A stretch of 64,000 bases of DNA from the IMG/VR virus record IMGVR_UViG_3300042356_000546. One strand, given 5' to 3'. The notes beneath the pieces are model-generated. The model had not been told where the DNA came from, searched no databases, and saw only the letters and a program-made list of their open reading frames with translations. The position numbers and the translations under genes are program-made. The stretch comes from an uncultured virus (IMG/VR IMGVR_UViG_3300042356_000546). Taxonomy: Duplodnaviria; Heunggongvirae; Uroviricota; Caudoviricetes. Of the stretch, positions 58,461-64,000 are shown piece by piece (position 1 is the stretch's first letter; each line of letters starts with the position of its first letter).

Positions 58461-59300
58461 TCAATAATTTTTTAATGCGGCAACAAGGCGTTGTATTGGA
58501 ATCCCTGTGGATATTTCTTGCACTGTCCATTCGGTATGACACAGTTTCACAAACCATTGTGTTCTGTCTGGCAAGATTGGCCTATTGATATTTTCAATGA
58601 CATCGCTGACGTCAAATGCCAAACTTGTGTGGTCGCAGATCACAGGAATTCCACTGATCGCCGCTTGCACAGCAGGACCGCTGTTGTGATTTATCACGCA
58701 GTGATATTTGTAATTGATATCAAATGAATCATAGCTATTTGGAATTTTTTTTGGCTGCTCAACTGTGACTCCTTGAATATTCAAACTTACCGGCGATCGC
58801 GGATGCGGTCTCACTACCACAGATTTATCAGTGAATTTTCTAATTTCTGCCACTTTTTGTTTCACCCATTCCGCCATGGATGATTGCCCTTCCCACTGAA
58901 GACTACGCTCATGTTGACAAGCAATTAAAATTTTATTATTTCTATTATCGTCAACGGGTTTCAAATCCACGCCTAGAATTTTTGGTCGTGCTTGATCAAG
59001 ATTTTCACTATTTCCAAAAATTCCCAGGCCATGGATGTGGTCTAAACTGATACGCCAAGTGGTGCCTCGGATGAGATTGCCCACCTCAATGATCATCACT
59101 GGTTTTCTTTTTGCTCGGCATTGATTGTAGATGAGTTGATTGGCCTGCATGCGACCATGCCATAACACTGACCAAATCACATCCACGTCTTGACCCGAAT
59201 CTACCACCGAAAAACCGGTATTTTTGATACCTTGTTCCAAGGCTGCAAATATTGGAGCACTGTTAAGAGCTCCGTGGGTTTTATGAATTTTGAATCTCAT
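58461..59300 (-). CDS. Capsule-biosynthesis-like glycosyltransferase (GT-B-like)
   Basis: VVRPHPR, NHNSGPAVQAAISGIPV. Confidence 0.65.
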   Translation of the reverse strand: MRFKIHKTHGALNSAPIFAALEQGIKNTGFSVVDSGQDVDVIWSVLWHGRMQANQLIYNQCRAKRKPVMIIEVGNLIRGTTWRISLDHIHGLGIFGNSENLDQARPKILGVDLKPVDDNRNNKILIACQHERSLQWEGQSSMAEWVKQKVAEIRKFTDKSVVVRPHPRSPVSLNIQGVTVEQPKKIPNSYDSFDINYKYHCVINHNSGPAVQAAISGIPVICDHTSLAFDVSDVIENINRPILPDRTQWFVKLCHTEWTVQEISTGIPIQRLVAALKNY

Positions 59301-59336
59301 CAGTCAAATAAATATATGTGTATTTAATCAATATCT

Positions 59337-59729
59337 ATGACAAAATTTTCAAAACGAATGAAGAAGGCTCACCGTAAAGCACGAAATGTGCTGGCTGTAG
59401 GCACGGCGTTGGGTAATCTAGAGGATCTGTTAGAAACCTTTGACACGGTATTTGTGGTCAATGGCACACTACCACGTATTCAAAAAAGAAATGTGGTATA
59501 CAGAGAAAATTTCGATAATATCCATTTGGTGTCTGATGTGGATTTAATAATTATTGATTTTGTACATGAAGAATTTATACCTGAACTTCAGCAGATATGG
59601 CGCCGAACACAGCCCACGATCATAATTGAAGGACCTGAACTGATATCTAAAGAATGTCAAAAATTATTGAAATCAGATCACTACGCTATTAGAGAAGTTG
59701 CTAAAAATTACTACGTGTGGAAGAAATAA
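59337..59729 (+). CDS. Hypothetical protein
   Basis: ORF track. Confidence 0.55.
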   Translation: MTKFSKRMKKAHRKARNVLAVGTALGNLEDLLETFDTVFVVNGTLPRIQKRNVVYRENFDNIHLVSDVDLIIIDFVHEEFIPELQQIWRRTQPTIIIEGPELISKECQKLLKSDHYAIREVAKNYYVWKK

Positions 59730-59783
59730 CCTAGCATTGAAAATATCTCATAAATAATTCACCTTATCGAAACTAGGAAAAAT

Positions 59784-60797
59784 ATGAAAAAAATTGCATT
59801 TGTCACAGGCATGACAGGACAAGATGGTCCTTACCTTGCCAAACTACTTTTAGAAAAAGACTACAAGGTCTACGGACTGGTCAAACGATATTCAAATCCA
59901 AATTTGGATAATATCAAATTCTTAGGAATTGAAAACGACATTGAGTTAATTACCGGTGATATTACAGACGACGGTTGTATGAATCATTTGGTAAAGAGTT
60001 TAAGACCAAACGAATTTTATAACCTTGCTGCTCAAAGTTTTGTCGGAGCCAGTTGGGATCTTAATAAAATGACCACTGAGGTCAATGCTGTTGGAGTTTT
60101 AAATATTCTTAACGCTGTCAAACAACATAGTCCAGATACCAAATATTACCAAGCTAGTACTAGTGAAATGTTTGGCAACAGTATTGAAATTTCAGGTGGA
60201 AAACAAGACGAAAAAACTCCGTTTTGGCCACGTAGTCCTTACGGTGTTGCTAAGTTGTATGCATACTGGATGACTGTAAACTTCCGTGAAAGTTATAGCC
60301 TACATGCATCAAACGGTATTTTGTTTAATCATGAAAGTCCTATTAGAGGCAAAGAATTTGTCACACGTAAAATCACAGACGGTGTTGCTCGTATTAAACT
60401 TGGCCTTCAAGATAAAATTGTCTTAGGAAATTTAGATGCCAAACGTGATTGGGGGTTTGCCGGAGATTTTGTGGAAGCCATGTGGTTGATGTTGCAACAG
60501 CCCGAGCCAGGCGACTATGTGATCGCCACAGGTGTGCAATATACCATTGGCGATTTGTTAGAACGTGCATTTAAGTATGCTGGCATTGACAATTGGCAAA
60601 ATTATATTGAAACTAATCCAGCATTTGTACGTCCTGCTGAATTACACAGCCTATGTGGTAATCCTACCAAGGCAGAATCAGTGCTAGGTTGGCAGCGTAA
60701 GACTGATTTTGACGCTCTTGTTAAAATGATGGTCGACGCCGACATTAAACGATATGGTGGCAACCAAGGTGCAGATTGGACATTACAAACAAGATGA
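59784..60797 (+). CDS. gmd: GDP-mannose 4,6-dehydratase
   Basis: TGMTGQDG, YNLAAQSFV, QASTSEMFG, SPYGVAK, NHESP, RDWG. Confidence 0.95.
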   Translation: MKKIAFVTGMTGQDGPYLAKLLLEKDYKVYGLVKRYSNPNLDNIKFLGIENDIELITGDITDDGCMNHLVKSLRPNEFYNLAAQSFVGASWDLNKMTTEVNAVGVLNILNAVKQHSPDTKYYQASTSEMFGNSIEISGGKQDEKTPFWPRSPYGVAKLYAYWMTVNFRESYSLHASNGILFNHESPIRGKEFVTRKITDGVARIKLGLQDKIVLGNLDAKRDWGFAGDFVEAMWLMLQQPEPGDYVIATGVQYTIGDLLERAFKYAGIDNWQNYIETNPAFVRPAELHSLCGNPTKAESVLGWQRKTDFDALVKMMVDADIKRYGGNQGADWTLQTR

Positions 60798-61618
60798 AAA
60801 AAGCAGTAGTCACTACATTTCACAAGGCTGGTTATGAAAAATATGGCCGAAAAATGATTGAAACATTTTTAAAAACATGGCCATCAGATATTACATTGTA
60901 TGTCTACCCAGAAGACTGTGAAATAACCGAGTCTGCCCCTAATCTAGTGGTTAGAGATTTACATGCCACTGTGCCTGCACTAGTAGCATTTAAAGAAAAG
61001 TGGAAAAATGACCCCAGGGCCAATGGTCTTGTAGCCACTGGACCTGTTGATCGAAAAGGCAAAGCACCTGGAGTGGGATTCCGCTGGGACGCTATCCGGT
61101 TTAGCCATAAAATTTATTCAGTGTGCCACGCTGCCGCAAACTGTGATGCCGATGTACTATTTTGGATGGATGCTGATATGGTGTGTCATACACCTGTTCC
61201 CCATCACTTTATAGATAAAATGGCTGCTTCTAACATTGGTCTAGGGTTTTTAGGTAGAGAGAAAAAGTTTACAGAATGCGGCTTGTATTCCATGAACTTG
61301 CAGGACAAAAACACTCAAGAGTTTCTTGTTGAATTTCAAAAAGCCTACGACACTGGCAGACTGTTTACCATGAGTGAGTGGAACGACTGTTGGGTTTTTG
61401 ACATTGTTAGGAAAGAAGTCAAACAACGTCATCCAGAATGGCAATGGTATGACTGGAGTGCAGGTTTATTCAAAGGTGAAGGCCATCCTTTAATCAATAG
61501 TGCATGGGGTGCATACCTTGATCACCTTAAGGGCAAACGCAAAGACTACGGTAAGAGCGCAAAGAGTGATTTAATTGTAAATCGCCACGAAAAATACTGG
61601 ATCAGTTCTCCAGGCTAA
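60794..61618 (+). CDS. GT-A glycosyltransferase-like protein
   Basis: RFSHK, WMDAD (DxD), DHLKG. Confidence 0.7.
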   Translation: MKKAVVTTFHKAGYEKYGRKMIETFLKTWPSDITLYVYPEDCEITESAPNLVVRDLHATVPALVAFKEKWKNDPRANGLVATGPVDRKGKAPGVGFRWDAIRFSHKIYSVCHAAANCDADVLFWMDADMVCHTPVPHHFIDKMAASNIGLGFLGREKKFTECGLYSMNLQDKNTQEFLVEFQKAYDTGRLFTMSEWNDCWVFDIVRKEVKQRHPEWQWYDWSAGLFKGEGHPLINSAWGAYLDHLKGKRKDYGKSAKSDLIVNRHEKYWISSPG

Positions 61619-62315
61619 ATTCGTGTTTAGAATGTTTGGCCTTGTAGTGTTCAATGTAAGGTCCAAGCACAGTATGACGCAACGGTGTCTTATAGCCCTT
61701 GGTGAAATCTTTGCAAAGATCATTTCCCGGGGCTTTTAATTTCTCAAAAACATATCCATAGACATCGTTGTCATAAAATCTTCTCAACATGGTGTTGTCG
61801 CGTTCTACGTAATGTCTTTTGTATTCACTGGCAAATTCTTTAAACTGCGGATGACGAGTATTAACTGCAAAGAATCCAGTCTCTGGAACGAACCACCTAC
61901 CGGGACTTCCATCTTTAGCCGCAAAGTATGTCACTCCCATATGAGTGCTAAGTACCTCATTGGGTAGTACTTCCAATAATAAATCCATTGGCAACTCTTT
62001 CACTGATAACACATCAGCATCTACCCAAACAATTCTATCTGCTGTTGAGTTTTCCATAGCATGGATAAAACTAAATGCTTTTTTTGCAAACTTTTTAACC
62101 TGTTTCTCAGCAGTGGTCTGAAATTCATAATACTCAGATTTAAAATCGTCAAACGATATCTGTTTCAATCTAGGATGTTCCGGCAAATAAAATTCTTCTA
62201 CATAACATGTCAATGTCAATTCTTTTGGCCAGTATTTGAGCCATGTTTCAACACAATCTTTACCTATAAGATCATAATACCTTTGATTAAAACTTGTTAT
62301 AATTTCTATGTTCAT
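61602..62315 (-). CDS. GT-A glycosyltransferase-like protein (paralog)
   Basis: KFAKK, WVDAD, ETGF, EHYK. Confidence 0.7.
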   Translation of the reverse strand: MNIEIITSFNQRYYDLIGKDCVETWLKYWPKELTLTCYVEEFYLPEHPRLKQISFDDFKSEYYEFQTTAEKQVKKFAKKAFSFIHAMENSTADRIVWVDADVLSVKELPMDLLLEVLPNEVLSTHMGVTYFAAKDGSPGRWFVPETGFFAVNTRHPQFKEFASEYKRHYVERDNTMLRRFYDNDVYGYVFEKLKAPGNDLCKDFTKGYKTPLRHTVLGPYIEHYKAKHSKHEFSLEN

Positions 62316-63247
62316 ACGTATTTTCTCATATGTGCCCAACACTCGCCGCTTTCAATTTCGGCAAAGTTCCAATGAAACATGGCCAGTCTTTCTGCCCAAG
62401 TTTGTCTGTCCGGAAGGTTGGGATTTTCGATTTGGGCTAGATCAGTGTTGGCAATTTCTGCGCATTGACTTCTTGTAGGGTCTGTAACAAAAATAGGAAA
62501 CCCTTCAATGGCAGCACCCACAGTAGGACTGGAATTATGATTGACCACTGCCCAACAATTTTTTAAATCATGTTCCAACGAGTGTCCATCTCTGGATAAT
62601 CTCACTCCTTTCAACATGCCTATTTTTTTAATGAGGTTGTTGGGACTTAGATATCCCTTGGCTCCTTTGTCTCCTGGATGCGCACGAATAACGATGTCTC
62701 TCGTAGAATGTTTGCGTAGTTCTTTGATTGTTTTTGCTGTCCAGTCAATAACATCGTAGCCACCCATGCTCCACCCGCCATTTCTTTGAAGGCATAATAG
62801 AATATGATTGCCGTTTGATCTATAATCTCTAAGATTGATACCTAGATCTGTAGATAATTTTTTCCAGCGGGCAGGATCAATTTCTTTGTCACAGTAATTA
62901 CCAGTATTGGGAAATATTCCATCATAGCTGTATCTCAAGTAGTGCAATGGGTTGGCTGTGTTTTTATAAAGAAATAAATTGCTGTCTGCAAGCAACACTC
63001 GTTTGCCTTTGGCTCTTTGATAATCGATAATCTGCTTGCGAAAATCCAAATGAGAACTTTCTTTGGAATTTTCATGTACCCAACCTATCATCATGGCCAC
63101 GTCTGCGTCTACTAATGTTCGTTGAGTATGGGCTATAACTTGATCACCCATGTAGGCTACTCCCATAGCGTATCGATCAAGGATCTCGCCTTTCTCTACA
63201 TTTTTATTGTTAGGCGGTAAACAGGCCAGATAGGAAACAAATTTCAC
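62312..63247 (-). CDS. Capsule-biosynthesis-like glycosyltransferase (paralog of 58461)
   Basis: IRAHPGD, NHNSSPTVGAAIEGFP. Confidence 0.65.
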   Translation of the reverse strand: MKFVSYLACLPPNNKNVEKGEILDRYAMGVAYMGDQVIAHTQRTLVDADVAMMIGWVHENSKESSHLDFRKQIIDYQRAKGKRVLLADSNLFLYKNTANPLHYLRYSYDGIFPNTGNYCDKEIDPARWKKLSTDLGINLRDYRSNGNHILLCLQRNGGWSMGGYDVIDWTAKTIKELRKHSTRDIVIRAHPGDKGAKGYLSPNNLIKKIGMLKGVRLSRDGHSLEHDLKNCWAVVNHNSSPTVGAAIEGFPIFVTDPTRSQCAEIANTDLAQIENPNLPDRQTWAERLAMFHWNFAEIESGECWAHMRKYV

Positions 63248-64000
63248 TTGGTGCCTTTATCTTTCTTTTCTTTCTTGGTACTGTTGTTGTTTAACAGTTC
63301 TTTTCTATCTATACCAAGATAGTGTGTAAAATAATCTTTCAGTCTGCTGTTTTCCATGGCAAATCTACTGATATGGCCTTGAGGAATAGTTAACCAATTG
63401 TTGTAGTGTGGACAATATGTTGACATGGGCCATTTTCGTCTCACATAATTTGCTGCATGATGATCGTATGGCTGCGGCAATTTAAAAATATCGCCGTTGT
63501 ACCAGGTCATAGAATAGTCTCTAATAAAATTATTAAATTCTGGATTCTTTGTATCAAATGCCACTATACCGGTGTCTATGGGGCAATCGTCTTTGTGCGG
63601 CCAATCTGACCCAGTGTCTAGTGTTGCCCAGATATTGTTGCCTGGATGTAAAATTTCCATGGCCTTGGCTCGTGACAACTCTTTTTCTACCATTATATCA
63701 GCATCTATCCACACCACCAGCCCTCGAAATTTTCTAGCAGCCCATACTTGTGTACGACTCTTCTTCCAGAATCTATCAGCTTTGCTACCGCCCATACCTT
63801 CTTTTATCCAGGGGTCTTCTGGACTTGCTACATCTTTCCAAAAATTATAGACTTTGCCAAAACCTAGATCCACCGGCTTGTCATCCCAAACAAAAACTAC
63901 ATCTCCGGGCAATTTATCCCACGACGGTAGTGTTAAATTGGCTGCATAATTATAATACTCTCTAGATAGACTAGTCACCCAGGTAATAGGTGCATATACC
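63244..64000 (-). CDS. GT-A glycosyltransferase-like protein (5' end beyond the window)
   Basis: RFWKK, WIDAD, DTG, THYLG; frame open to the window edge. Confidence 0.65.
   Translation of the reverse strand, partial: VYAPITWVTSLSREYYNYAANLTLPSWDKLPGDVVFVWDDKPVDLGFGKVYNFWKDVASPEDPWIKEGMGGSKADRFWKKSRTQVWAARKFRGLVVWIDADIMVEKELSRAKAMEILHPGNNIWATLDTGSDWPHKDDCPIDTGIVAFDTKNPEFNNFIRDYSMTWYNGDIFKLPQPYDHHAANYVRRKWPMSTYCPHYNNWLTIPQGHISRFAMENSRLKDYFTHYLGIDRKELLNNNSTKKEKKDKGTK

Overview
A 64-kb slice of a large lytic, T4-like (probably jumbo) myophage genome using the standard genetic code. No rRNA, CRISPR array, integrase or transposase was seen. Left (1-20.7 kb): collagen-like tail-fibre gene, 5-aminolevulinate synthase, an ADP-heptose gene cluster, ClpP, HNH/ParB-like/GIY-YIG-like nuclease genes, ATP-dependent DNA ligase, a PBP/S11 peptidase, radical SAM, YqgE/AlgH and a 2OG-Fe(II) oxygenase. 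Centre: a repeat-rich non-coding block (20.76-21.46 kb), three tRNAs (Ile2-CAT, Arg-TCT, Leu-TAA) and an ~18-kb co-oriented early region with about 27 near-consensus sigma70 promoters driving small genes and AAA/VWA genes. Right (40-64 kb): oxygenases, SGNH paralogs, BI-1, a nucleotidyltransferase, helicase, primase, carbamoyltransferase, a mini-DnaE, UvsW, gmd and a glycosyltransferase cluster. The strongest unexplained signals are: (1) a 921-nt stretch (33547-34467) with no TC or CC on the coding strand, spanning genes and intergenic DNA, whose promoters sit in covarying hairpins; (2) two 3'-UTR hairpins whose loop (ATTCGCTCC) is the antisense of the GGAGCGAA ribosome-binding site shared by about ten early genes; (3) a promoter-driven structured ncRNA of ~330 nt at 37.48-37.81 kb. 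All functional calls come from motif recognition by eye, with no database searches, and all counts were made by hand.
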